A stretch of DNA of 64,000 nucleotides from Podarcis melisellensis (taxonomy: Eukaryota), in NCBI GenBank assembly GCA_964234715.1, contig OZ174279.1. The stretch is one strand, 5' to 3'. The notes beneath the pieces are model-generated. The model saw only the letters and a program-made list of their open reading frames with translations. It had not been told where the DNA came from and ran no database searches. Positions 11,977 to 23,914 of this stretch are shown here, piece after piece; the first letter of the stretch is position 1, and the number at the start of each line of letters is the position of its first letter. The translations under genes were made by a program, and so were the position numbers.

Positions 11977-12050
11977 CAGTGGAGGAGGAAGGGGGATGTG
12001 GGGTGTGTGGTCCACCTCGGGTGTCATCATTGAGGGGGGTGACAAAATGA
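11977..12050 (+). mobile_element. Fragment of the GC-rich non-autonomous DNA element family seen at 53939-54128
   Basis: cagtggaggaggaagggg...ggtgtcatcattgaggggggtgaca aligns with 53939-54010. Confidence 0.6.
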
Positions 12051-13051
12051 GTTGTTCTTTTTTAAATGGGCTCATGAAACTCTCATATCACCTGGCCTGA
12101 CATCACCTCAAACTCAGTACTGTTTCACATATTCAGCTTCTATCCATCATATGATAAGTTGGTGAATCAGTCCTTGACAGTTTCTAGGTAGTGGTTCAGG
12201 TTCCAGGACTAAAGCCTACCTGGTAGTCATACATTTTCATGTTCTGGGAAAAGTTGATATTCCCATATGCTCCAATTGTCTTCATTTAGCAGGAGAGACA
12301 GTAGGCAATTTCCCCATCCTTGCCCACAGTAAATCACTCTTTAGTCTCTGGTTTTTCTCTTTGTAGATGCCTTATTGGGTGGGGGAAATATTAGTTTGAG
12401 GTGCTAGGGTAGATTCAACTCTCTTCCTCAATTCCCTAAAAGTTAAATCTCTGAAAGGCACATGTATTTTATTGCTGGAGCGTATGTAGGTAAATGCATG
12501 CACACAAGCCCAAAGGCACCAATATATTTTTTGCCGTAGCTTCAAATGTATATTTTGAATTGTTGATAAAATACTGAAGTACAATTACCTGTTTTTAATA
12601 TATATGTAACAACAAAACAAACAAACAAGCCCTTTTCTTTCAGATTATTCTCCACCAGGAGTAGAGTGGAGTGCATCCTTGTGGAATGTTGGGGACAAAG
12701 GACTTGGGAGTGTCCCTATTTTAATCTACGAAATGTTGGAGGATTTGCATGAAATCCTTCAATCACTTGAAACATGCTATATAATACCTAAAAAAAAAAA
12801 AAGCATTATTTTAAAGTGTCCAGGGCTGAGTCCTTATATGCAAAGTTCAGTGTGACCTCCAGATCAATAAGCCCTGTTTCCAGAAGTTTAAAACAAAACC
12901 AAGATGGAAGCCTCTATAAGGATGTATATATTAGTTTTTGCTCAATGTGTGCGTGATGTTATTGGTACTTCATATTTTTAACTGGCCTATTAGCATGTTT
13001 TATGTTCATTTAAACTTAAAATGAGCAGTTAATTGTTGGACAGTAGGGTTG

Positions 13052-13190
13052 TGCAGTTTTCTCCAATCTAGTGCTGTCCAGGTATTGGGACTATGACTCC
13101 CATTAACCCCAGACACTATGGCTAGTATCAAGGCTGATGGGAATAATAGTCCAAAAATTCTGGAAGGGACCAGGTTGGGGGAAACTGCTG
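13052..13190. mobile_element. Palindromic hAT-type MITE (degenerate)
   Basis: Inverted ends cagttttctccaatct...aggttgggggaaactg and a ggactatgactccca...tgggaataatagtcc core. Confidence 0.75.
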
Positions 13191-14648
13191 TTCTGTATTA
13201 TATGGCTGTTGCATTTACATTACCTCCTCTGAGAACTGCTTTGAGTACAATGTAACTGTGAAAAATGCAGCGTATAATTCCATGGACTACTGTCAGGATT
13301 AATTTATATGTACCCACCTTTAGCATTTGTGACTTCTTTGTATTTTAGACTATTGCACAACTGTCTTGTATACTATGCACTAGGACCCATTTTTTAACAA
13401 CAGCAGTGATAATTTATTATTGTAAGTGAGACACTTTTTAATCAGTGTGGCAAATTCAAAAGGAGTGCCTCATAATTTTCATAACCTTAGGGTGAGTTTA
13501 TTTCTCAGTAATTTTTTGGAAGCTGCGGAAACCCTGCTCCCCTTACACTAGAGCTAGCATCTCACATTCTGGCCAGATGTTTAAATAAAAGAGTGGGTAA
13601 GGAATATCAGTTAAACTTTCAGCTAAAAGGAACATTGCCCCACAATGAGGTTATCATCAGCCTCTCAGCAAGACTAGAATCTTCCACTGCTGTATTTCAC
13701 ATAGAGTAGATTTGTTACTATGTTTCACCTAAAACAAATTTGATGCTCCTGTTTGGATGAAAGAGCTGTGAAATTTTGAGAGGAACAAGTTTAGGTAAGT
13801 ATTATCAGGAGTGGGGTGGATATTTTATTGACAAAGGAAAGAACTCTTTGAATTATCATGTGGAAAGGCCCCTTAGAATTGATGATATTCACAAGGGAGC
13901 CAAAGAGGAAAAGTTAAATGAAACTGAACAGCGAAATTGAACCTATTTGTCTTGAAACAGTAGTTAGGAGGTTTTTGTTTTTTCTTTGCATCTAAATGCT
14001 TTCATATTAAAGCTCACAATTATTTGATACAAAAATCATATACTGTTACCAGTGAAATCTTAAGAATACCCAGTAATCACCCTACCCCCAAATTTAGTTT
14101 TAGTAGAACTCCTGTTGTTCACTCTGTGCCAATGAATAAGGAAACAAACAGTTCTATATGTATCATAGTCCCATTATACGTAGTTATTTAACTTACATGA
14201 TTGCATTCATTCAGCAGGTCACAAAGAGAACCGCTTCCAGGTCTGTGCCAATAAGTATTAAACCTCATTTAAACAGGTCAAAGTTCATTCTCATACATTG
14301 GCCATTTCTAGAACAAGATAACCTACTCAGTCATTCAGTACAATTTATCACTTCAAGTAGGACATGGGCAGTAATATGTCAACCTTTCAGGAAAGAGGTG
14401 CAGTATTTTAATGGAGCATCTTTTAAATAGTACCAGAGCCAGATACAGTGTGATTTACAATATGTACACTGATGGCTCTGATGGCATAAGTAGCTCCTAA
14501 AGTAGTATCAGTAGTGTTCATTGTTCTAGAGTTACACAAGGTTCTAGCAGTCAATTACAGCATTGTGCACACACTAGTGTAAAAATAAAAGCCCTATCCT
14601 TCAGGCTAGTGAGTTTCACTATTACTAGTGTGACAGTCTCTGGGGAAG

Positions 14649-14733
<85 letters not shown>
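14649..14733. repeat. Compound (GT)n(GA)n(GACA)n microsatellite
   Basis: Read directly. Confidence 0.95.
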
Positions 14734-14734
<1 letters not shown>

Positions 14735-15667
14735 TAGGGCTGAGAGACTCTAGCTAACCTGTAGCCCTTCAGATGTGTCTGACCTATAACTCAGATCATG
14801 CCTGACCAACTGACCTGAGAAAACAAGGTAGTAAACAATGGAGTGCTTAAGGTGGAAAGATGTTAATAGTTTCACTTAAAAAACACACATTATTGCCAGT
14901 AACTACTTGTATTTCCAGGGGGAAAGAATAACAGGTTATGAAAATGGAGTGGGCTTACAAAGGCTGTGTGTCCAGTTTTGTAGTTCTCTTTTCTTTTCTT
15001 GAAAAAGGAAAACCACAAAGATTGGGATGGTATTTTCTTATGCTAACAGTCAGGGGGAAAGCAGAGAAATTCACCTTAGATATCCCACCCACAGTTCTGG
15101 TGCTCACCTTGCTGTTTAATATGCCCTTCAGGAGGAAAGGTTCCATGTTTTCAAAGTGTTAACTAACTTTAATCAAGCAAATAATATAATGGAGCCCTTT
15201 GTGGGTTTCTTCTTTCTTTGGTGATAAAGAATATTGCTCTTATTAATATTTCACACACTTCATAGGTAATAACACTGCTTCTATGACTTCATACTGTTTC
15301 CCCCAAATAGTCTCTAGATTGTACTCAGGAAATGTTATTACAAGAATTTCTGTCATATTTTTTGAAAAGATGGTTTCCTCTGAATGGCTTGGAACAGTGG
15401 GTTATTTAACTGGAATTTTAACTTCCCTGTGTAAAAGGTCAAGGGGTCAGACATCACAGCTACTTTGCCACATAAACTTTTAATGCAACAAAATAGGGAG
15501 GAGGGAATCATACAATATCTGAAAAAATAAATGTTACACAAATGCAGTTTCATCTCTGTAAGATTCGTATAAAAATGAGCAGATGTTGCATACTCTTATT
15601 TGTGGCTCAGGGCTCTTGTGATGGGTTACTAAGATTTTCAACAACAAAGCAAGCTCTCCATTTATAG

Positions 15668-15821
15668 GATTTGGCCCCAGTTGGTAGAGAATGGGAATCT
15701 TAATCTCAGAATTGTGAGTTTGAGCCCCACATTGGACAAAATATTCCTGCATTTCAAGCGGTTGGACTAGATGTCCCTCATGGTCCCTTCCAACACTACA
15801 ATTCTATGTTTCTATTATTCT
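15668..15821 (+). mobile_element. tRNA-Lys(CTT)-headed SINE with a CR1-derived tail
   Basis: The head cagttggtagagaatgggaatcttaatctcagaattgtgagtttgagccccacattgg aligns to vertebrate tRNA-Lys(CTT). The tail ggttggactagatg..ggtcccttccaac..ttctatg is a CR1 3' end. Confidence 0.85.
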
Positions 15822-16134
15822 TTCTGTTTTTCTCTCCCTTAGTGTTTTATATTGTTATTATTTATTTCAACATATTATCCCTTTTCATCATCAGAACCCA
15901 GGCCATGTTACAGCAATTTAAAATTTGATTTAAAAAACAGTTTAAAACAAATTTCAGATCACATGTGATTATCTGTCAGCAGCAACAATATACAATATGT
16001 GGCCTTTATTGTGGGCATCTAATCGTCATAAGTCAAAACCTATCTACCTGTTTCATGCAAAGGATTTCCAGTGGCACATGGAATCTCTACATGTGGGGGC
16101 TCCCCTATCCATTTCAATGAACGACACAGCTCTG

Positions 16135-16250
16135 TCAATGCAGGGTTCTGTTCCACATGCCTTGCATACAGAAAGTCTCAGGCTCTGCCTCCAGCTTCTC
16201 CAATTAAAGGAGACTTCAGAACTGTAATGAAGGGCTGGGAATGATCTCTC
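16135..16250 (+). mobile_element. Degenerate squamate tRNA-derived SINE fragment
   Basis: cacatgccttgcatacagaaagtctcaggctc...agggctgggaatga resembles squamate SINE bodies of the tttgcatgcagaaggtcccaggttc type. Confidence 0.5.
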
Positions 16251-17670
16251 ACTAACACTCACTAACACATGTTCATATGGAAAACCTCTGTGCGTTCATT
16301 GGAGTGAGCACACGTACAAACATAATGAGCAGGACAAAGGTGAAAAATGCCTCAAAACAAAATGTTAACCCGTTAATAAGGGTTAGCTTTTAACTTTGAA
16401 GATCCTAGTTGGATTTGATGGAGTTGAATCCAGCCTTTTCACTTTTCATAATAACTATTTATTGTGCTGTGCACTTTAGCGTTTGGGTTGCACTCACTGA
16501 ATAAAAGACTAAACTAGTAATTTGTAGCTAGCGGATGAGGTTTTGATTTTGAATTAGCTTGACTGTCACCATTTGAAGCATGTCCTCTCTTTGGTATCCA
16601 ATTCCAGTGCTGAAGTACCAATTTCATATGATTGGGCATTTTGTTGTTGTTTTATTTTTGCAGGATCAGCTTTTCACCTACAAATGGTGCTTTATAGTAC
16701 CACTATTCTACTATTTAACCAATATATTCAGTTTAGTATCTGCTGTCTTTAAAAGGAAAGTGACAGCATTCATTAATATAGTTTACAGAGTTAAAGCAAT
16801 GCAATTTAAGCTGCAAGATGATTATGAGGTTACTGCATACCAGACAATGTCAAAATCCAGATGTATGCAGGGAACAAACAAAATGGAACAATGTCTACAT
16901 CAGATAAATTAGAATGTAAATGACAGCATTTAGATTTAAACTTTTGGGCACAGTTCCTTCAATCTCAATGTTATTAGTTAAGCCCTAAAACTTCCATTGG
17001 CTTGGATAACCAGTCTGTAGGGAAAACGAAGCTGTTCCATAAGATTATAGTTTTTATTTTTTTATCAGTTCAAGTGAGCCAAAGCCAAAGATCTTTACAA
17101 TGAATGCTCTGAAATATGAATGTGGACACATAACCCACCCCAAGTTTCACTAAATCTGGGACCCACATCTCTTTCCATTTACACAGACAGTATTTAACAG
17201 GCACTGCATTCTAATTGGTAAAATGTCAATGCGACTGCATTTTTTCCTGTCCAAATCTGTGCAATTTGAAATGGTTTGGTCCACCACCTTGATTCAACAT
17301 GGTGCCCAACAGTGTCCAAATGCAGACCAAAACCCACTCCTCGATCTCAGGAACTGTCACACCAAATCTGTTGGTCATATCTTTGTAGGTGTGCAAATCA
17401 ATGCAATTTGGAATGTTTTCAGCCTGGCATCTTGATTCAAAATGGCATTCATTGGAATCCAAACATAAACCAAAAACTGCTTGTCAGTCTCTGATGTGAA
17501 CCTGGCAGAGCATAGGAAATTGAAGTTCCTTTGCCACTGATTCTCTCCTGCAGACCTCCATAAAATTGCTCTGTAAACTAGTTAAACTTTCCAGTTGGGA
17601 AGATCAGTTTACATGTGACAAGGAAAATCCATGATCTCAACTTCCAGTGACTTTCACATTAGCTAAAAGC

Positions 17671-17930
17671 ATTATTATTATTATTGTTATTAATTACCCA
17701 CCCTTCACCAGCACATCCAAGGACAGATTACAGCTATTTAAAATTCAGTATTAAAAACAGTTAAAACAAATTACATTCACAGGAATGTGGTGGCTCCTGA
17801 AAACAGATATCTCAAATGTCAAGGCCAAAGTAAAGAGATGAATCTTCATCATTCATTGAAAGCTGCATAGTGAATGTGCCAAACACACCTCAATGGGGAG
17901 GGAATTGGGGATCCCAGTGCAGCACCAGTG
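17671..17930 (-). mobile_element. L2-clade LINE 3' fragment with an (ATT)n tail
   Basis: Shares aattcagtattaaaaacagtt...aatgtcaaggcca with 37230-37400. Confidence 0.7.
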
Positions 17931-18261
17931 GGTGGGAGATAATCTCAGTCTCCCTGTACTGTTTTGCCAATGGAAAAGCAGCTATTATCAGTGGAGAGCA
18001 AAAATACAGATTCCCATCCACTGTGGCAGCCACAGCAAACTTGATCCATCTGAGGCTGCTTTCAAACAAATAAAATATGCCGAAGATAATTGATGTCTAC
18101 ATTACTCGTAATTTGGTCCAACCACAAACTATTGTTACAGCTGTTCGGAAAATCGATGGCAGAATGATGCAATCAAATCACAAACACTTATTTTCTTCCA
18201 TCTTGTTTTGAGCCTGCCTTACTCACTGTGTCCCTGGGACGATGAAAGTAGTAACCGCTAG

Positions 18262-18432
18262 TGGTTGAAATCAGTGCATATACAGGCAACTTATGCACAC
18301 TTAACACCTGTGATTTCAACTTCACGTTGCTGAACACTGGCTAGTTGAAATCACACAAATTAAATGCGCAGAAGGCCAAGAGCGTAAAAGCTCTTTTTGT
18401 GCAGGGTTTTCCCAGCACAGAAAAACTTTTAA
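18262..18432. repeat. Degenerate compound palindrome (old MITE-like)
   Basis: 13-bp perfect stem tgtgatttcaact/agttgaaatcaca, plus a second stem tttttgtgc/gcacagaaaaa. Confidence 0.6.
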
Positions 18433-19614
18433 ACTTTCAGACTTTCTTACCAAGCTCTGGAAGGCGAGTTACCTGTATTACTGACTTACATTCCTGCAAA
18501 GCTGCTGTAAATTGGCTGGAAGTCAGTAGCATTGGTGTGAAGCAATCTACCACAAAGCACTACTACCACTGGAACGTGCACTAAGACAGTGCTGTCCTAA
18601 ATTTAAGAAATATAAGACAAAATATTATTAACCTAATACAAAATGTGTTGTATTTTAAAATCTTTTCACTCTCACAGAAGTCTCACCAGCCCTCTTGATC
18701 CAAGATTGAGTTCATTTTTTATTGTATCTTATCTAAAAAGTTTTCTCAATAACTCTATGAGATCAAGCTCCATCTCCAGTGAAGCAGACCGATTTAGGTC
18801 TGATGGGAATGTTGCCTAGAAAAATGCTATTCATTCTGTTAGTGGGATGCTTGGAGAGATTCTAATCTCCCAGTGCCACAAATGCTCTTCCCTGTTGAAA
18901 CAGGTTGGGCAACGTCTTCTTGACAAAGAAAACCTGGATACATGCCAAAGCAGCACGGTTATATAATTCCAATTGCTAGATGAATAAGTAGTCAACCACG
19001 ATGTGCAGACTCATCCTTTAGCAATCCAGTCATGTGAATCGAGGAAAATCAGAGTCAACAAAGTATTGCTTAATTTTAGTGTGGGACTTGGGAACTCTGA
19101 CTGCTTTATAAATGATTAGGAAAGGTAAAAAATGTAGATGGGGCTGGTCTGAACTGGAATGGGAACTGAATGGATGCATAAATAAATAATAGCGATGCAT
19201 GCAAGCCGTCAGTTGCCAAATACAAGTGGTCTCCCAAATCCAGAAAAAAATGGTTGCTGACTTTTGGTTTACCTTTTGGTCTTTATGAAAGCAGCTTTAC
19301 TTTTTTCAAAGACCCTGTGGTAGCTGCATGAGAACTAGAATTAGCAGTCAATAAAGCTGATAATTAGCATAAATGCTTGGTTCAATACAATAGGACTCTT
19401 TCAGCTAATTACCCCCTCCATAAGTGATTACAGCAGGTGACGTACAATGCTGAAGGGATTAATTCAGCTGAGCTTATATATCAGCCAGACAAAAGTGTCC
19501 GTGTCTGTGTATGTGTATGTATGTGTGTATGTCATATTCAGATACCAGACATCTCAGAAATTAAAATCAGTGCTATCCAAAATGTAACAAATTTTATTTC
19601 AAGATGCTACATAT

Positions 19615-19739
19615 GATCGCTGGATGGCTCAGTTGGTTAGAGCATGATGCTGATAACGTTGCAGGTTTGATCCCTGTATGGGACAGCTGCATATTTCCTG
19701 CATTGCAGGGGGTTGGACTAGAGGATCTTCAGGGTCCCT
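19615..19739 (+). mobile_element. tRNA-Ile-headed SINE with a CR1-derived tail
   Basis: The head gctcagttggttagagcatgatgctgataacg..gcaggtttgatccctgtatggg aligns to tRNA-Ile. The tail ttcctgcattgcagggggttggactaga is shared with the copies at 15668 and 60326. Confidence 0.8.
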
Positions 19740-20331
19740 GAGGAGAGAAGAACTTTGTACACTACCTTGAGATCCTTGGAGGAAAGGTAGGATATAAATG
19801 TAGGGGGGGGGATAATCTAAATGACTCCAGTACTTTTAGAACATTTAATCTGGGTGTTCTCTTACTGTGGAAAATCTGAGAAGTAAAAATAACCATAGTC
19901 ACTGCTGGTGTGGGAGCTCTTTACTGCGTTCAGGTGTGTGTGGTTTGTCCATTCATCACCTCTACTTCCAGTTGCTCCTCACCTGAGAACAACATAGCCA
20001 TTTTGCTACCGGTGGCCCCCAATACCAAATAAAATATGTCTATACTTTAAGATGTGTGGGGATTACCTTGGGTATTGTAATTTCTCTAAATACACTGGAC
20101 TTCAGATAGAGGAAAACAGAGGTCTTGACTCTTTCATAATTTCAGTACTACATTGTTGCTGTGGTTTTTTTTGAGTGCCTCAGAGAATGTGTGATTGTGG
20201 TGCTAATAGTGACAGCACCCTGCAAGGTATTCCTAAGAAAGAAATTGGATATTGCCACCCACCCTCACCAAATCAAATAGTAGATCACTCTGAATATCAC
20301 TCTTGTGCAATAACTCTGTCTTTCTCTATAT

Positions 20332-20467
20332 TAGGCATAGGCAAACTCTGGCCCTCCAGATGTTTGGGATTACAATTCCCATCATCCCTAGCTAACAGGA
20401 CCAGTAGTCAGGGATGATGGGAATTGTAGTCCCAAACATCTGGAGGGACAGAGTTTGCCTATGCCTG
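20332..20467. mobile_element. Intact 136-bp hairpin hAT MITE with an 8-bp TSD (CTCTATAT)
   Basis: ~57-bp inverted arms with 2 mismatches. CTCTATAT occurs at 20324-20331 and 20468-20475; an 8-bp TSD is typical of hAT elements. Confidence 0.93.
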
Positions 20468-21864
20468 CTCTATATATTTAAATCCAAATAGAAGTTTATA
20501 TTCTGCCCCCATCCAAAGGACATGCCTATTTTTTGAACATTGTGAAACTAAGGGATAATAGCATTTGCTCTTGAATACTTCTGAATACTTCTGGTGGTTT
20601 TGGGGGGTTTTTTTTAGTAAAAAATACCTGCACACATTCCCAGGATTGAAAAAGGAGTGTAGACTGGAAGAGCAATTGAAGGGAGGGGAAAGAAAGCACA
20701 GCCTGGTTACATTCCAGAGCTTCACCACTGGAGTGGATGGCAAACAGCAGAATAATAACTTAATATCCATGACTGAAGAAACAGAATATGTGGAAGGCTT
20801 ACATGCCAGTTGCACACAAAGAAAATTCAGATCTGAACGACCCATTTGTGATACACAACCCACATCTGGAAGCAGCCCTTATGTGTGTATTTTATTTTGC
20901 TCACAATGAATTTGTAGAAATTGGCTTTCTAACTTACATGGTATGTTTGGGATTTGTTAATTTGCAGAAAATTAAGGAAAGCACATCTATCACACTTTCT
21001 GTGCTATATTCCTTTAAAATTCTCCACAGCTCAGAAAGTAGCTGTTCTATCAGCGTCAATCATGTTCCCTTAGGCAAATGTTTAAAAATATGTGTCCAAG
21101 GAACAGGCCTTTCAAAATAAATAAAACCTTTGCTTTAAAATTAATTTTTAAAAATAGTCCAAAAATTAGCCATATAGCAATCCTGTATAATTCATTATGA
21201 GAACATCAATTTCTTTAATTTAGCCATGAGAAATGAACAGAAAAAAATTAGCATAAGCTTAATGAGTGGAGCAGAAGCTAGTAATAACTTTGAAACTGCC
21301 TCTGATATCATGTGGGGAAATATTGATACGCTACCTTATATACTATAGAATTCCCTCTGCTCACCTTGGATTCAACAGTTTTTACCCACTTGAGAGTAAG
21401 AGCCTGTGGAAAACACCTCCAAAATCCACTTTACAACACGGCAGAAAGCTTTGCTATAACCATATGTTTTCTCTGTAAATGTATGTGGTGACCTTGGAGC
21501 CATCCAAATCCCAGGACACATCTCAGTTGCTCACTCACACTTTTCTGGCGAATCAGGAGTAAAAATCAAAAGGCTCTTTGAGGATTACTGAAAAGGAATT
21601 CCACATGTGCGAGTGTGTCTATGCACATACAGGCCATTCCTTCAGAGGAGCAATCTCACCCAAATCAAATGAATACTATCGGAACATGCTTTTAAAAGAT
21701 TAGAACCCCAAAGATGAAACTGGAAAGGCTTTTGAGTTTTTATTGGGTACAAGGCAATTTATGTGGTCCACCCAACTGCGTTTTTTAAAAGTCACATTTG
21801 GACACATTTTAACCTCACAGAATAGAAGTCATTTGGTATAAGCTGTAGATGTTTGCAGCACTGC

Positions 21865-21867
<3 letters not shown>

Positions 21868-21944
<77 letters not shown>

Positions 21945-21958
21945 CTGTACACACACAC
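21868..21958. repeat. (CT)n(GT)n...(AC)n compound microsatellite
   Basis: Read directly. Confidence 0.96.
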
Positions 21959-23914
21959 AAAAATGCCCTCAGTGTCATTATCCAGTGGAGGAAAGTGATT
22001 GATACTCTGCAAAATAGATGCTTACTTTTTATTACGCTGTCCCTTTTGGAAAGATAATAAGCCATTTTTTTCAAAATGTTGCAGCAAGTCTTATGTCCTA
22101 GCTTTGATACAGACTACATTCTCTTATGCAAAGGTACAGGCAAGGGTCTCCTTAACACCCTCTTCCAACAGTGATTCAGAGCACTCCCTTCTTATACATC
22201 TCAGCTGCTCACTTCCAAAGGGGGATCTATAACCCCATCCCCCAGTGTGAACATCAACAGAGGTTTTGACAGAGCCTTCCTCTTAATATGCACCCCAGCC
22301 ACTCACTCTAAGACACAGACAAAGGACCTTTTTTGAACCCCAATCCCCTTAGTATGGCCAGCAACAGTGATCTTCTCAGAATGTTCTGTTATTCATTCAG
22401 CTGATTCTATTGTAGAAGCCAAAATGCAGGTAAAATGAGAATGAGCAGATGTATAATGGAAGAACGATCACATCTTTTGTTGATGTTCACAGGGTAGAAG
22501 GAGGGTGGAGAAGAGCTTTTTGCCCAGTTCTCAACTCATCCAGAGAACGTGGAGGGACTGTTTCTGACACTTTGGCCCACGCTCAATTCAGAATATAGCA
22601 CCTTCAACTTTATAAAATATTATAGCTGCAAAGGTTGGTGTGTCACTAGAATTAAAAAAACTATATATTTTGTACAAATACCAAATGCATTTTGACCATA
22701 AATTGATCTTATTCAGTCACAATTACACAAATATATATACACAACCCACCCTCTCAACCTACTCTGCTTTGTATAATCTGCTATATATCTTGGAAAGTTG
22801 TTTAGTTGTCTATTTGCTATGCATTTGAACACTGCTTAACATATCATAACAAACTTCCCATGATGATTCCTGAGATCAAGGGACAGGTCTTGGCCTATAT
22901 TTGGATATAATTAGCCATCATTTCTAAGTAACATGAGTCACAAGGCTTCCACAGAAACAATAATGGTATGAAAGTAATGTCACCTGTGAAACAGACAGAA
23001 CTTTACTTTTATATAGATAATTTAATAACGGAGTCTGTGAAACAACTATACTGGCTTCCAGTTTGTTTCTGGGCACAGTTTGAAGGACCAGATAACCTTT
23101 AAAATGCAAATGGTTCAGAACCAGGATAAGCGAAAGCCCATATTCTCATATGCAAGCATGCTCACCTATTTAGATTATCTGCAGAGACCCTGTTATGTGT
23201 CCCTTTATTTCTGGAAATACACTCAATTGGGAGGACCTTTTCTGAGGACTTGTCTATGGCTGTCCTCTGCTTGAATATTCCCTCCCAAGGGAGGAAGTTC
23301 TCACCACTTGGTCAACAGCTTTCTGCAAATATTAAAATAATCCTTGTTAAGAAGACTTTTGGTTTGTAGAATTGGTTTTTAACACTTCCCAAATTACATG
23401 TTTTCTTATTCTAACACTTTCACCATGCATGCAATCACTTAATTTGCCTTAATATACCCAGCATTCTGCAATGTTAAGATCATTTAAAAAAAAAACGAAT
23501 CTGGGCTTGATCCAGCCATTTTGGGTTCTGTTCTTTAAAGTACAGTGGATTCTTCCTCACCACTGTGAAAATGGTTGAGAACATTGGCTGCTAATGGCAA
23601 TTCCACAGTGAAAGGAACACTGGCTAATATTCTCCTTAACCATCTAATGCAGGAAGAAAGTTGAATGTTTTTCTAAAAGCAGCACGTTTCTACATCTGAA
23701 GTAAAATAAACCAGAACTTTGTTTATCAAAGTAATTATTCTCCGGGGAGGGAATGGGAAAGATGGAGGCAATTATGAATGACCTTGATTTGTATAGTCAC
23801 TGAGAACTTCTGAATCAGTGGCTGACACAGCCATAGCTTCATTTTAAATACAGCTTTTTTGTTTTAATGTTCCAGCCATGGCTACATGCTCATGAGGTTT
23901 TGAACTGGTGGGGT

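Noticed and set aside
15668-15745. tRNA-Lys(CTT) gene
   Set aside because: Mutated stems and B box, fused to a CR1 tail: a SINE head, not a tRNA gene.
19615-19690. tRNA-Ile(GAT) gene
   Set aside because: Internal deletion and a CR1 tail: a SINE head.
20565-20909. 114-aa ORF
   Set aside because: No recognisable domain and no convincing splice donor or start context.
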